Shown here in pieces: positions 9,320 through 19,456 of a stretch of DNA of 40,145 bases (position 1 is the stretch's first letter; every line of letters begins with the position of its first letter). The DNA lies in assembly GCA_030641485.1 (NCBI GenBank), contig DAOWHJ010000154.1, positions 1 through 40,145 of the forward strand, read 5' to 3'. The DNA comes from Pseudomonadota bacterium. Lineage in GTDB: Bacteria > Desulfobacterota > Anaeroferrophillalia > Anaeroferrophillales > Tharpellaceae. The position numbers and the translations under genes were made by a program. Below the pieces are notes generated by a model. That model did no database searches. It was given only the letters and a program-made list of their open reading frames with translations, and was not told the origin of the DNA.

Positions 9320-11349
9320 AGCGTACAAAGCGCGAATCAAAACAAGAACGACGCAGTTTGCAAAACCGAATCAGGTTGGTGGCAGGCCTCGTCGTTTTTT
9401 GTTTGTTGGCGGTGGTTGCTCGGTCCTGGTTTGTTCAGATTGTAAAACATGACTACTACTTGGCCCGCCAGCAGCAGCAGCGGAGCTCAAATCTTCTAGT
9501 GACCTGTGATAGGGGAGAGATTTTGGCCGCTGATGGCGGGGCTTTAGCCATTACGGTTAAGGGCGAGTCACTTTTTGCAGATCCGCGAAATATTGACGAT
9601 AAAGAACGAATTGCTCAAGCTCTGGCACCTATTATCGGGCAAAAAGTTGCAACTCTTAAGCGACGTTTGAGTGGTGATCGTGGTTTTGTCTGGCTTAAGC
9701 GCACGTTAACTCCATCCCAGATAAAAGCATTGAAACCGTGGTGTGAGCAGGAAGCAGGGTTAGCCTTTTTCAAGGAGAACCAGCGGGTTTATCCCAACCG
9801 GGAACTTGCGGGCCAGGTCTTAGGATTTACCAATATTGATTGTTGTGGTCAGGAAGGGCTTGAACGCCATTACGATAAATATTTGCAAGGGCGCACAGTC
9901 TGCCTTGAGTGCGAATATGATGCCAAGCGTAAGTTAGTAGATAGCCTGCAAAATCCAGAGCTCAATTGTTATAAGGGAAAAACTGTCTATTTGACGATTG
10001 ATCGGCATGTTCAATCCTGGACTGAAGAGGCTCTTGCCACCGCAGTCACCAAAAGTCAGGGGCGGAGCGGCGTGGCATTGGTTATGGATGCCGATGATGG
10101 TGCACTCCTGGCGATGGCCCACTATCCTCGTTTTAATCCCAACAGCAAACGCAAAAACAACCCCTCTTTGTGGAGGAACCGGGCGGCAGTTGATCTTTTA
10201 GAGCCCGGGTCAACCTTTAAGGTTTTCACTTTGGTGGCTGCTTTGGAGTCGGGCCTTTTCAAGATAGATGATCAGATCGATTGTGAAGAGGGTAAATATA
10301 AAGTTGGTCGTCGGACAATTCATGATACCCATGAATATGGTCTTTTACGTCTTGATGAGATATTGAAATTTTCCAGCAACATAGGTTGCTCAAAGATTGT
10401 TGAGCAGCTTGGAGCCGAGCGCTTTCACGCGGTATTGAAAAAGTTTGGTTTTGGCTCTCGAAGTGGCATTGACTATCCCCATGAGCCTTCCGGTCGTTTG
10501 CGTTCATGGCAGAAGTGGCGGGCAATAGATCTTTGTAATGTCGCTTTTGGCCAAGGGGTTTCTATGACCTCGGTGCAGCTTACTGCGGCCTATGCGGCCT
10601 TGGCTAACGGCGGTTACCGGGTGACCCCGCATCTTGTGGCAAAAATTGTCAATGGGGCGGGCTGGACAGTTTACGAACACCAGGAAGATGGCTTGCCGAA
10701 GCGTGCTTGTAGCGCTGAAGTTGCTCGGCAGGTGGATGCGGCTTTAGGGCTGGTGGTTGAGGATGATGGGACCGCACCGAAAGCTCGGATTACCGGTTTT
10801 CGGGTTGCCGGCAAAACCGGGACCGCGCAGAAGTTTGATTTTGAAGAAAAGAGCTACTCGCACAGTAACTATTGGGCCTCATTTGTTGGCTATGTTGACC
10901 CGCCAGCCGGCCAGTCGCGCAAGGTTGTCTATGTCATGGTTGACGAACCGAAGAGCTCGATTTATGGTGGCATGGTTGCCGCTCCAGCTTTTCGCAAGAT
11001 TAATCGCCGTTTGGTGAGTTATTTTAACTACGCTCGAAATTCCGCTGTCGCTAAACTTACGGTCTCCTTGTCCGCGGATGAGGATGGCTTGGTCGGACGG
11101 GCTGGAATTTCTGAAGGGGTAGTTGTTGTGGATAATGCTGATGTCGTCGATCTACAGTCGAGTCAGGCTGAGTTGCTGGTTCCAGATTTTACCGGCCAGA
11201 CAATTCGTGAAGCCTTAACCCTTATCGGTGATTATCGTAATCAGATTAAAATTTCGGGTCAGGGGCGTATCATTGCCCAAGAGCCGGTTCCGGGAAGTCG
11301 GCTTGAGCCGGGACTCAATTTTGTTTTCAAATTGAGTAGTGAGATATAA
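9316..11349 (+). CDS. ftsI: Peptidoglycan transpeptidase FtsI (PBP3) with C-terminal PASTA domain
   Basis: N-terminal TM, RGEI, RVYP, GLE, EPGSTFK (SxxK), SSN, KTGT; PASTA-like VPDFTGQTIREA..QEP. ATGA overlap with ftsL. Confidence 0.95.
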   Translation: MKRTKRESKQERRSLQNRIRLVAGLVVFCLLAVVARSWFVQIVKHDYYLARQQQQRSSNLLVTCDRGEILAADGGALAITVKGESLFADPRNIDDKERIAQALAPIIGQKVATLKRRLSGDRGFVWLKRTLTPSQIKALKPWCEQEAGLAFFKENQRVYPNRELAGQVLGFTNIDCCGQEGLERHYDKYLQGRTVCLECEYDAKRKLVDSLQNPELNCYKGKTVYLTIDRHVQSWTEEALATAVTKSQGRSGVALVMDADDGALLAMAHYPRFNPNSKRKNNPSLWRNRAAVDLLEPGSTFKVFTLVAALESGLFKIDDQIDCEEGKYKVGRRTIHDTHEYGLLRLDEILKFSSNIGCSKIVEQLGAERFHAVLKKFGFGSRSGIDYPHEPSGRLRSWQKWRAIDLCNVAFGQGVSMTSVQLTAAYAALANGGYRVTPHLVAKIVNGAGWTVYEHQEDGLPKRACSAEVARQVDAALGLVVEDDGTAPKARITGFRVAGKTGTAQKFDFEEKSYSHSNYWASFVGYVDPPAGQSRKVVYVMVDEPKSSIYGGMVAAPAFRKINRRLVSYFNYARNSAVAKLTVSLSADEDGLVGRAGISEGVVVVDNADVVDLQSSQAELLVPDFTGQTIREALTLIGDYRNQIKISGQGRIIAQEPVPGSRLEPGLNFVFKLSSEI

Positions 11350-11350
11350 G

Positions 11351-12829
11351 ATGAACGAGCTGAAAAATTATTTTTGGAAACTCAGAGAGCTGCCGGCTCT
11401 GCTCAAGACCCACCCGCTACCGGTTTGTCGTGAAGTTGATCTAGATCAGGAAATTACCGGGGTTGCGACTGATTCTCGGACTATTGTTGCTGGCGAACTT
11501 TTTGTGGCTTTGTCGGGTGAGAACTTTGATGGTCATGATTTTATTGAGACCGCAATCGCCAAAGGTGCTCTTGCTGTAGTTGTGGTTGGGGCTGTTGCCG
11601 GACTTGCGGATTTGGCCCAGCGCTACCCGCAAACCTTTTTTCTGCCGGTGCCAGACGCTCTGGCGGCGCTGGCCAATCTGGCTCGGGCACGATTGCAAAA
11701 GATTGATCCAATTGTGGTTGCGGTGACCGGGTCAAACGGTAAAACCACTACCAAGGAGATGTTGGCAGAAATTTTGGTGCCTCATTTTCGGGTTCATAAA
11801 ACGGCGGGAAACTTTAATAACCGTATCGGTTTGCCGCTAACAATTTTCGCCATGGCGGATGATTGTCAAGTGGTAGTTTTGGAAATGGGCATGAATGCAC
11901 CAGGTGAGATTGCCGCCTTGGCAGCGACAGCGCCACCTGATTATGTCATCATAACCAATATTGCTAAAGCCCACCTGCAGGGTTTAGGGTCTTTAGATGA
12001 GATTGCCAAAGCTAAATGCGAGGTGATCGGTGAGCTTAAACCGGGCGCTTCTGTGATCTATAGCAGTGACGATCCCTATTTGGCTCGGTTGGTGCCGGAC
12101 ACGGCCGCAAGTCGCCCGGAGGGTTTAGTCCCAAAATTAATCTCGGTCTCCTGGCATGGGGCTGCAGAAGCTAAAATCAAGGTCTCGGAGATCTGGTTGA
12201 CACCAGAAGGTTCAAGCTTTGTTTTTACCCAAGGGAGTGAAAAAGCAACGGTCAAATTGCCCTGTTGGGGTCGTCATAATGTAATGAATGCGGCGCTGGC
12301 GTTGGCTGTGGGAATTTGTTTGGTCGGGGTTGCCCCGGTTCCTGCGGCCAACGCTTTGATCAACTTCAAGATGCCATCTGGGCGCTTGGAAAAGTATGAA
12401 TTTGGCAGTGCTGGGGTTTTGCTGCATGATGCCTACAATGCCAACCCCGACTCAATGGCGGCGGCTTTAACGGTGGTGGCAGAGCGCCGGGGGAAAAGAT
12501 TTTTGGCGCTAGTACTAGGGGATATGAATGAGCTTGGAACTGAAAGCGCCGTTCTGCATCAGCAATTGGGAGAAAAAATTGCGGAACTTAGGCCTAACCT
12601 GCTGGTTCTGCTGGGTGACTATGTTGGTGGAATTGCCAATGCCGCTCAATCTGGGGGGTTGCCCTTTGAGCGCATTGCCCAATTTCAGGTTGGAGCTTTT
12701 GCTGCGGTCGTGACCCTGCTCAAGGAACGTTTGCCTGATGATGCCCTGATTTTGGTTAAAGGATCACGAGGGGTGGCATTGGAGAAGGTTGTAAACCCAT
12801 TAGTAACTCATTTCGAGGCACGAAAATAG
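11351..12829 (+). CDS. murF: UDP-MurNAc-tripeptide--D-Ala-D-Ala ligase MurF
   Basis: TDSR, GENFDGHDF, TGSNGKTTTKEM, GNFNNRIGLPLT, EMGMN, DAYNANPDSM, LGDMNELG, VKGSRG. ATG 11351 lies just after the ftsI stop. Confidence 0.95.
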   Translation: MNELKNYFWKLRELPALLKTHPLPVCREVDLDQEITGVATDSRTIVAGELFVALSGENFDGHDFIETAIAKGALAVVVVGAVAGLADLAQRYPQTFFLPVPDALAALANLARARLQKIDPIVVAVTGSNGKTTTKEMLAEILVPHFRVHKTAGNFNNRIGLPLTIFAMADDCQVVVLEMGMNAPGEIAALAATAPPDYVIITNIAKAHLQGLGSLDEIAKAKCEVIGELKPGASVIYSSDDPYLARLVPDTAASRPEGLVPKLISVSWHGAAEAKIKVSEIWLTPEGSSFVFTQGSEKATVKLPCWGRHNVMNAALALAVGICLVGVAPVPAANALINFKMPSGRLEKYEFGSAGVLLHDAYNANPDSMAAALTVVAERRGKRFLALVLGDMNELGTESAVLHQQLGEKIAELRPNLLVLLGDYVGGIANAAQSGGLPFERIAQFQVGAFAAVVTLLKERLPDDALILVKGSRGVALEKVVNPLVTHFEARK

Positions 12830-13906
12830 ATGCTTTACCATATCCTTTACCCGTTGCATGAATTTTGGTCCGGTTTTAATGTCTTCAGGTATATTACATT
12901 TCGGGCGATTTATGCCGCTTTAACCGCTCTTTTTTTGGCGTTTTATTTAGGCCCCAAAGTTATCAATTGGCTTAAGGCTTTACAGATTGGTCAGGTAGTG
13001 CGTGAGGATGGTCCCCAGAGCCATCTAGTGAAGACCGGAACGCCGACTATGGGTGGGGTTTTGATAATCTTCTCAGTTGTGGTTGCAACTTTGCTCTGGG
13101 CTGATTTGACTGAAATTTATGTCTGGTTGGTATTAGCCGTGGTTATTGGTTTTGGCGCAATTGGCTTTGTTGATGACTATCGCAAACTGATGAAAGGGAA
13201 TTCAACTGGTCTCTCGGCGCGACAGAAACTTGCGGCCCAATTCGGGATTGCAACTATCTTCGCGGTGGCGGTCTGCATGTTGCCGGGATATTCAACCACG
13301 TTGACCGTACCTTTCTTTAAACGAGTGCTACCCGATTTCGGGTTGTTCTATATCCCCTTTATGGCAATTGTTGTGGTTGGAAGCTCAAATGCAGTTAATC
13401 TGACCGATGGCCTAGATGGTTTGGCAACCGGTCCTTCACTGGTTGCCTTTGCGGTCTACATGGTTTTTACCTATGTCGCCGGTCATCGTGTTCTGGCCGA
13501 TTATCTGCAAGTTCAACATATCGTCGGGGTTGGTGAGGTTGCGGTTTTCTGTGGTGCTATGATTGGTGCAGCTTTGGGATTCCTCTGGTTTAATACCTAT
13601 CCCGCAGCGATTTTTATGGGTGATGTCGGTTCATTGGCATTGGGTGCAGGACTTGGAGCTGTTGCTGCGGTAACCAAACAAGAGCTCTTACTCTTTTTAG
13701 TTGGTGGAATTTTTGTTTTGGAAACTATGTCAGTTATCATTCAGGTGGCTTCGTTTAAACTGACCGGCAAGCGAGTATTTCGTATGGCTCCTTTGCACCA
13801 TCATTTTGAGTTGAAGGGTTGGGCCGAACCCAAGGTAATTGTCAGGTTCTGGATTATCGCATTAATCCTGGCCCTCTTTGCATTAAGTACACTTAAGTTG
13901 AGGTAG
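12830..13906 (+). CDS. mraY: Phospho-N-acetylmuramoyl-pentapeptide transferase
   Basis: [40 protein letters not shown]. Confidence 0.98.
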   Translation: MLYHILYPLHEFWSGFNVFRYITFRAIYAALTALFLAFYLGPKVINWLKALQIGQVVREDGPQSHLVKTGTPTMGGVLIIFSVVVATLLWADLTEIYVWLVLAVVIGFGAIGFVDDYRKLMKGNSTGLSARQKLAAQFGIATIFAVAVCMLPGYSTTLTVPFFKRVLPDFGLFYIPFMAIVVVGSSNAVNLTDGLDGLATGPSLVAFAVYMVFTYVAGHRVLADYLQVQHIVGVGEVAVFCGAMIGAALGFLWFNTYPAAIFMGDVGSLALGAGLGAVAAVTKQELLLFLVGGIFVLETMSVIIQVASFKLTGKRVFRMAPLHHHFELKGWAEPKVIVRFWIIALILALFALSTLKLR

Positions 13907-13909
13907 AAA

Positions 13910-15307
13910 ATGCAGGTTGCTAACCTGAATAAGAGAGCATTGGTTGTCGGGCTTGGTGTCAGTGGTATCGCTGCCGCCCGTCTGCTTTGTGCCCAGGGTT
14001 TTCAGGTGGCGGTCAGTGACCGGCGTTCAACGACAGAGTTAAAAGATGTTATCGGGGAGCTGAGACAACTTGGTATTAATGAAATTGAAACTTCAGGCCA
14101 TAGCGAAGCGCTCTTTCTCAATCAAAATCTAATTATTGTTAGCCCCGGAGTGCCATTATCATTGCCGATTTTCACAAAGGCACGTGCGTATGGCTGTGAA
14201 ATTATTGGCGAGGTTGAGCTTGCCGCCCGTAGTAGTAACCTGCCGATGCTCGCTTTGACCGGAACCAACGGTAAGACGACAACGGTGTCCCTGCTTGGAG
14301 AAGTTTTTCAAGCCGCCGGGGTTAAGGCCTTTGTTGGTGGCAACCTCGGCCGGCCTGCGGTCGAAATGGTAGAGTCAGGGAATGATATTGCAATTTTAGA
14401 ACTTAGCAGTTTTCAACTTGAGGGGGTTGCCAGTTTTCGTCCCCGGATAGCGGTTATCTTGAACCTGACTCCAGATCATCAGGATCGCTATAGCGACAGC
14501 GCCGCCTATCTTGCCGCAAAAGTCAGAATCAGTAAGACTCAAGAGGGTGTCGATTTTCTTGTCCTGAATTATGATGATCCCAAGCTTAGAGTTTTGGGTG
14601 CTGAGTTAATGGCACGACGGCAGGCGGGGGGGGATCTCCCGCAAGTACTATTTTTCAGTGTCGAAGAGAAGTTCGTTGAAAAGGGTGGAAGCTGGATTAA
14701 TGGCAGAATAGTAATTAAGACCAAAACCCTGTCCGGGCATAATCTGGATCTGGACTTTAGGGCGCCGACCGTAAAATTGCCGGGTGCGCATAATCGTTCC
14801 AATTACTTAGCTGCCCTCTTGACGGCTCTAATTTATGGTCTGGATGAAAAGAGCTCTATTGATACCTTAAGTTCATTTTTGGGAATTCCGCATCGGCTCG
14901 AATTTGTTGGGAGCAAAGCCGGGGTTGACTACTATAACGATTCCAAGGCTACTAACATTGATGCTGTGGTTAAAGCTGTCGGTAGTTTTGAAAAGCCAAT
15001 TCTGCTGCTACTTGGTGGTTATGATAAAGGGGCAGATTTCTCATTATTAGATAAACACCTTAAGAAAAATCTGCGGAGCTTAATTCCCTTTGGCCAGGCT
15101 GCAGCTGAAGTCGCAAAGCAGCTCTCCGGGTTTGATCAGGGTTTTCGGGCCCAGAACCTGGAAGCTGCGTTGCAACAGGCTGTCGCCACCGCCAAACCTG
15201 GTGACGTGGTCCTTCTGGCACCGGGCTGTGCCAGTTTTGATGAGTTTGCAAATTATGAAGAGCGCGGTGATCGCTTTCGCGAATTAGTACTAAGCTTCAG
15301 GGACTGA
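13910..15307 (+). CDS. murD: UDP-MurNAc-L-Ala--D-Glu ligase MurD
   Basis: GLGVSG, SPGV, TGTNGKTT, ELSSFQL, HRLE, NDSKATN, LAPGCASFDEF. Confidence 0.97.
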   Translation: MQVANLNKRALVVGLGVSGIAAARLLCAQGFQVAVSDRRSTTELKDVIGELRQLGINEIETSGHSEALFLNQNLIIVSPGVPLSLPIFTKARAYGCEIIGEVELAARSSNLPMLALTGTNGKTTTVSLLGEVFQAAGVKAFVGGNLGRPAVEMVESGNDIAILELSSFQLEGVASFRPRIAVILNLTPDHQDRYSDSAAYLAAKVRISKTQEGVDFLVLNYDDPKLRVLGAELMARRQAGGDLPQVLFFSVEEKFVEKGGSWINGRIVIKTKTLSGHNLDLDFRAPTVKLPGAHNRSNYLAALLTALIYGLDEKSSIDTLSSFLGIPHRLEFVGSKAGVDYYNDSKATNIDAVVKAVGSFEKPILLLLGGYDKGADFSLLDKHLKKNLRSLIPFGQAAAEVAKQLSGFDQGFRAQNLEAALQQAVATAKPGDVVLLAPGCASFDEFANYEERGDRFRELVLSFRD

Positions 15308-15322
15308 AGGTAGTTTGTCGAT

Positions 15323-16402
15323 ATGAAACGCGATGAAATAGTTCTTGTGACAGTGGTGGCAACGATGCTTTGCTTAGGGTTGCTGATGGTATTCAATGCC
15401 AGCAGTATCAAAGCCTTTAATGCGTATGGACAGAGTGGTCATTATCTTCTCCGGCAGTTGATCTTCGCAATTTTGGGTGGGGTTGCTCTTTTTCTTTGTG
15501 CCCGTTTTGATTATCACTGGTGGAGCAAATTGACCCTGCCGTTGGTGCTTCTTAGTATTGGTATATTGGTTCTGGTATTGTTGCCGGGCTTCGGGGTTAA
15601 TGTGAAAGGGGCAACCCGCTGGATTAAGACCCCACTTTTCAATCTTCAGGCTTCAGAGTTCTGTAAATTAAGTTTTGTCATCTATCTGAGTGCGTATTTG
15701 GCAAAGCGGGAAGGAAAATTAACTGACTTTAAGAGTGCATTCCTGCCGCCCTGGATCATCCTTGGTATCGTCGTAACGCTGTTAATGATGGAGCCCGATT
15801 TCGGTTCATCTCTGGTACTTGGAGCACTGACTTTTGTTCTGCTTTTTGTGGCTGGGGCCCGGATCAAACATTTAGCAATTATAGCACTGATCGGTGTAGG
15901 CGGGATTGTGGTGGCAGTTGCCGGAGCTCCCTACCGGATGGCACGGGTCATCTCATTTCTTAATCTTGATGGTAAGGGTGTATCGTACCAATTGAAACAG
16001 TCTTTGATTGCCTATGGTGCCGGGGGAGTGAGTGGCACTGGGGCTGGAAACAGTGTCCAAAAACTTCTTTACCTGCCGGAAGCGTATACCGATTTTATTG
16101 TTGCGGTTTGGGCTGAAGAGTTCGGCTTTATCGGGGTAGCACTGCTGGCTTTATTGATAGTTTTACTTTTTGGGGTCGGACTTAAAATTTCCCGTACAGC
16201 TCCTGACCGTTTTGGTAGCATCTTAGCTTTTGGCGTGACCCTGCTTTTAGTTTTACAGATGACAGTTAATTTCTGGGTTACTCTTGGTCTCTTGCCGACC
16301 AAGGGGTTGACCTTTCCTTTTTTAAGTTATGGTGGAAGTTCACTTTGTGTATCTTTAGCCGCAGTTGGAGTTTTGTTGAATGTCAGTCGTCAGACCCGTT
16401 AA
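15323..16402 (+). CDS. ftsW: SEDS peptidoglycan glycosyltransferase FtsW
   Basis: GATRWI, QASEFCK, EPDFGS, LPEAYTDF, EEFG, PTKGLTFPFLSYGGSS. Confidence 0.95.
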   Translation: MKRDEIVLVTVVATMLCLGLLMVFNASSIKAFNAYGQSGHYLLRQLIFAILGGVALFLCARFDYHWWSKLTLPLVLLSIGILVLVLLPGFGVNVKGATRWIKTPLFNLQASEFCKLSFVIYLSAYLAKREGKLTDFKSAFLPPWIILGIVVTLLMMEPDFGSSLVLGALTFVLLFVAGARIKHLAIIALIGVGGIVVAVAGAPYRMARVISFLNLDGKGVSYQLKQSLIAYGAGGVSGTGAGNSVQKLLYLPEAYTDFIVAVWAEEFGFIGVALLALLIVLLFGVGLKISRTAPDRFGSILAFGVTLLLVLQMTVNFWVTLGLLPTKGLTFPFLSYGGSSLCVSLAAVGVLLNVSRQTR

Positions 16403-17513
16403 AACAGTTCTTTTTGCCGGAGGTGGAACCGGCGGCCATCTCTTTCCCGGAATTGCTCTGGCAGAGGAGTTTCAGCGGCAGGATAAAGAGATAAAGATTG
16501 TCTTTGCTGGGACTCGGCGCGGCATTGAAGCACGACTGATTCCGGAACTTGGCTATCCCCTGGTTTTTTTAGAGGTGCATGGACTGGTTGGGGTTAAGGG
16601 TCTTAAACGGCTTAAGGCACTAGTGAATTTTCCTAAGGCGGTTATTCAAGCCCTGATATTACTGGTACGATATCGGCCGGTACTGGTCGTTGGACTGGGT
16701 GGCTATGCCAGCGCGCCAGTGCTGTTGGCAGCGATGGTGGCTGGTTTGCCGTGGGTGTTACAAGAACAGAATGCCTATCCGGGCTTGGTCAATCGTGTTT
16801 TAGCCCCCTTTGCCAAGGCGGTATTTACAGCCTTTGCCAAGGCGGGCGAGAGTCTGAAAAGTCGTGAGATTTACGATTTTGGTAATCCGCTGCGGCCGCA
16901 CCTGCAACTGCCGGGAACAACGGATGTGGAAACTCCGATACTAGAAGAGAGAGCAGCGAAGATTGCTAAACCGGAGTTTAATATCCTCATCGTTGGAGGT
17001 AGTCAAGGGGCTCGGGCACTCAACCAAACAGTGCCTGCGGCAATTTCTAACTTGGTGGGCCAGTATCCGGGTTTGCGGGTTGTCCACCAAAGTGGGAAGG
17101 GTGGGTTTGATGCTGTGACAAATGCCTACTCAGGGTTAAACTGTAAGATTGAAGTGAAGGTGTTTATAGATGATATAGGGGCCTGCTATCGCACTGCTGA
17201 CCTGGTCATCTGTCGGGCTGGAGCATTGACCCTGGCAGAATTGGCAGAACTTGGAAAAGCTGCGATTTTAGTTCCATTTCCCTATGCTGCTCATGATCAT
17301 CAGCTCTATAATGCCAAGGCTTTTGCCGAGCACGGTGCGGCTATCGTAGAGCTTGAAAGTGAGCTTACAGTCGCAGGTTTAAGTGAGAAAATTGAAGATT
17401 TAATTGAGAGACCGGACACCCTAAAGAAGATGGAACAGGCCGCTCTAACGTTGGCCCGACCACAAGCTCGGAAGCAAATTGTTGAACATTGTTTCAAACT
17501 AATAAGTGAATGA
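16380..17513 (+). CDS. murG: Lipid I N-acetylglucosaminyltransferase MurG
   Basis: GGGTGGHLFP, GGY, EQNA, GNP, GGSQGA, RAGALT..E, HQLYNA. Confidence 0.97.
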   Translation: MSVVRPVKTVLFAGGGTGGHLFPGIALAEEFQRQDKEIKIVFAGTRRGIEARLIPELGYPLVFLEVHGLVGVKGLKRLKALVNFPKAVIQALILLVRYRPVLVVGLGGYASAPVLLAAMVAGLPWVLQEQNAYPGLVNRVLAPFAKAVFTAFAKAGESLKSREIYDFGNPLRPHLQLPGTTDVETPILEERAAKIAKPEFNILIVGGSQGARALNQTVPAAISNLVGQYPGLRVVHQSGKGGFDAVTNAYSGLNCKIEVKVFIDDIGACYRTADLVICRAGALTLAELAELGKAAILVPFPYAAHDHQLYNAKAFAEHGAAIVELESELTVAGLSEKIEDLIERPDTLKKMEQAALTLARPQARKQIVEHCFKLISE

Positions 17514-17539
17514 TCAAATTTTTTAGGAGCAAATGAACA

Positions 17540-18916
17540 GTGAAAGGAATGCACCATAAAGTAAAACGGGTACACTTTGTCGGTATCGGTGGTAGCGGAA
17601 TGTGCGGCATTGCTGAAGTGTTGCTTAACTTGGGCTATCAGGTTCATGGTTCTGATCTTAACCGAAGCCCGGTAACCGAAAGGCTCGAAAAACTTGGAGC
17701 CCAGATTGCATATGGTCATGCCCGGGAAAACCTGGGTGATGTACAGGTACTGGTTCGTTCAACTGCGGTTAAAGATGATAATCCAGAGGTTGTAGAGGCC
17801 CGCATTAGAGCAATTCCGGTAATCCCCAGAGCTGAAATGTTGGCAGAGTTGATGCGCTTAAAATATGGCATTGCTGTTGGCGGCACCCATGGCAAAACGA
17901 CTACGACATCAATGATTGCAACAATGCTCAGTGGCACAGACCTCGACCCCACCGTAGTTATTGGCGGTCGACTTAACAGTATCAACAGCAACGCCTGTCT
18001 GGGTGAGGGTGAAATTCTACTTGCTGAAGCAGATGAGAGTGATGGTTCGTTTTTAGCCCTGTCACCAATTATTGCGGTTATTACTAACATCGATCGTGAA
18101 CACCTTGACCATTATCGGGGTGGAATAGAAGAGATCGAGGACAACTTTGTTGCCTTTGCGAATAAAGTACCCTTTTATGGTCTTGTGGTTCTCTGTCTGG
18201 ACGATCCTCGGGTGCAGGATATTATCCCGCGCATAGGCCGGCGCATTTCAACTTATGGTTTTAGTCCCCAGGCAGATGTACGCGCCCTTGATGTCTCAAT
18301 TGAGGGGATGCAGAGCCGATTTAGGGTTATTGTGAATCGGGAAGAGTTGGGTGAGTTCACCATTGATATGCCGGGTCGCCACTATGTTCTGAACTGTCTG
18401 GCGGCAATCGCCACCGGCTTTGAACTAGGTTTGGAGTTTGCTGATATTCGGAAGCATCTTTCTGGTTTCGCTGGGGTTCAGCGTCGTCTACAAATTGTAG
18501 GTGAGTACCGGGGGGCATTGGTGGTTGATGATTATGGCCATCATCCAACCGAGATTCAGGTTACCCTTGAAGCCTTGCGTCAAGCATGGCCTAAACGGCG
18601 TCTGGTCACACTTTTTCAGCCGCATAGATATACTCGGACAAAGTATCTGTTTAACGACTTTCAGGTTGTTTTCAATGAGGCTGACATTTTGCTCATCACC
18701 GATATCTATGCCGCCGGAGAGCGTCCAATTGATGGTATCACCGGAGCCAGCCTGGCCGAAGCGGTCCGTCAACATGGACACAAACAGGTCCACTACCTGG
18801 CGGATCATGAAGCCTTGCGGGAATTTATTATAGCAAATGCCGAATCATCAGATTTGATCCTGACTATGGGGGCTGGTGACATATATCGCTTAGGCCATGA
18901 ATTAGTTAAGATGTGA
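17540..18916 (+). CDS. murC: UDP-MurNAc--L-alanine ligase MurC
   Basis: HFVGIGGSGM, RAEML, GTHGKTTT, EADESD, DDYGHHPTE, FQPHRYTRT. Confidence 0.97.
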   Translation: MKGMHHKVKRVHFVGIGGSGMCGIAEVLLNLGYQVHGSDLNRSPVTERLEKLGAQIAYGHARENLGDVQVLVRSTAVKDDNPEVVEARIRAIPVIPRAEMLAELMRLKYGIAVGGTHGKTTTTSMIATMLSGTDLDPTVVIGGRLNSINSNACLGEGEILLAEADESDGSFLALSPIIAVITNIDREHLDHYRGGIEEIEDNFVAFANKVPFYGLVVLCLDDPRVQDIIPRIGRRISTYGFSPQADVRALDVSIEGMQSRFRVIVNREELGEFTIDMPGRHYVLNCLAAIATGFELGLEFADIRKHLSGFAGVQRRLQIVGEYRGALVVDDYGHHPTEIQVTLEALRQAWPKRRLVTLFQPHRYTRTKYLFNDFQVVFNEADILLITDIYAAGERPIDGITGASLAEAVRQHGHKQVHYLADHEALREFIIANAESSDLILTMGAGDIYRLGHELVKM

Positions 18917-19041
18917 CCCCATTTATGGGGGCGACAGCAAAGTTCGCCAATTTTCGCTGTGACTTAACTGCCAAGCCACAGTAAGGCGAATATTTACTAA
19001 AAAGATAACCCGTAACTTACGAATTTAATAGAGAGTCAATA

Positions 19042-19392
19042 ATGTTCCTAGAGTCATATTCTCAGAAAAGAGTAAGATCAGCAAGCAACTTCAAACTGTG
19101 GGTGGCTGTTACTCTCACTCTTTTGACTCTACTCATTATATCATGCTCGACCCCGGGAGGCCGGAGTGTCGAGGCGGTCTACGATGACGCGGTAATTGCG
19201 ACAAGGCTTAAAGGATGCCTGACAGAGATGATGGGGAGTAATGTGATCGGGATTGATGTTGATGTTTACCATGGGGAAGTCACCCTGCAGGGCCGGGTCC
19301 GGAGCCCAAATATGGAGAGCCGGGTAGTGGCCGTGACCGCTCATGTTCAAGGGGTGAGAAAAATAATTAACCTGCTTCATATAATACCTTAA
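19042..19392 (+). CDS. Single BON-domain lipoprotein
   Basis: Lipobox IISC after a hydrophobic stretch; DDAVIATRLK..IDVDVYHGEVTLQGRV..VQGVRKIINLL is a BON domain. Start uncertain. Confidence 0.85.
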   Translation: MFLESYSQKRVRSASNFKLWVAVTLTLLTLLIISCSTPGGRSVEAVYDDAVIATRLKGCLTEMMGSNVIGIDVDVYHGEVTLQGRVRSPNMESRVVAVTAHVQGVRKIINLLHIIP

Positions 19393-19456
19393 AGCTGATT
19401 ATAGCCTAATGGGATTTTAGCATGTTTGAAAAAAACATCACTGACAAGGTAATGAG

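Noticed and set aside
18917-19041. c-di-GMP or other riboswitch upstream of the BON gene
   Set aside because: It lacks the GNRA tetraloop/receptor and other conserved nucleotides that I could verify by eye.
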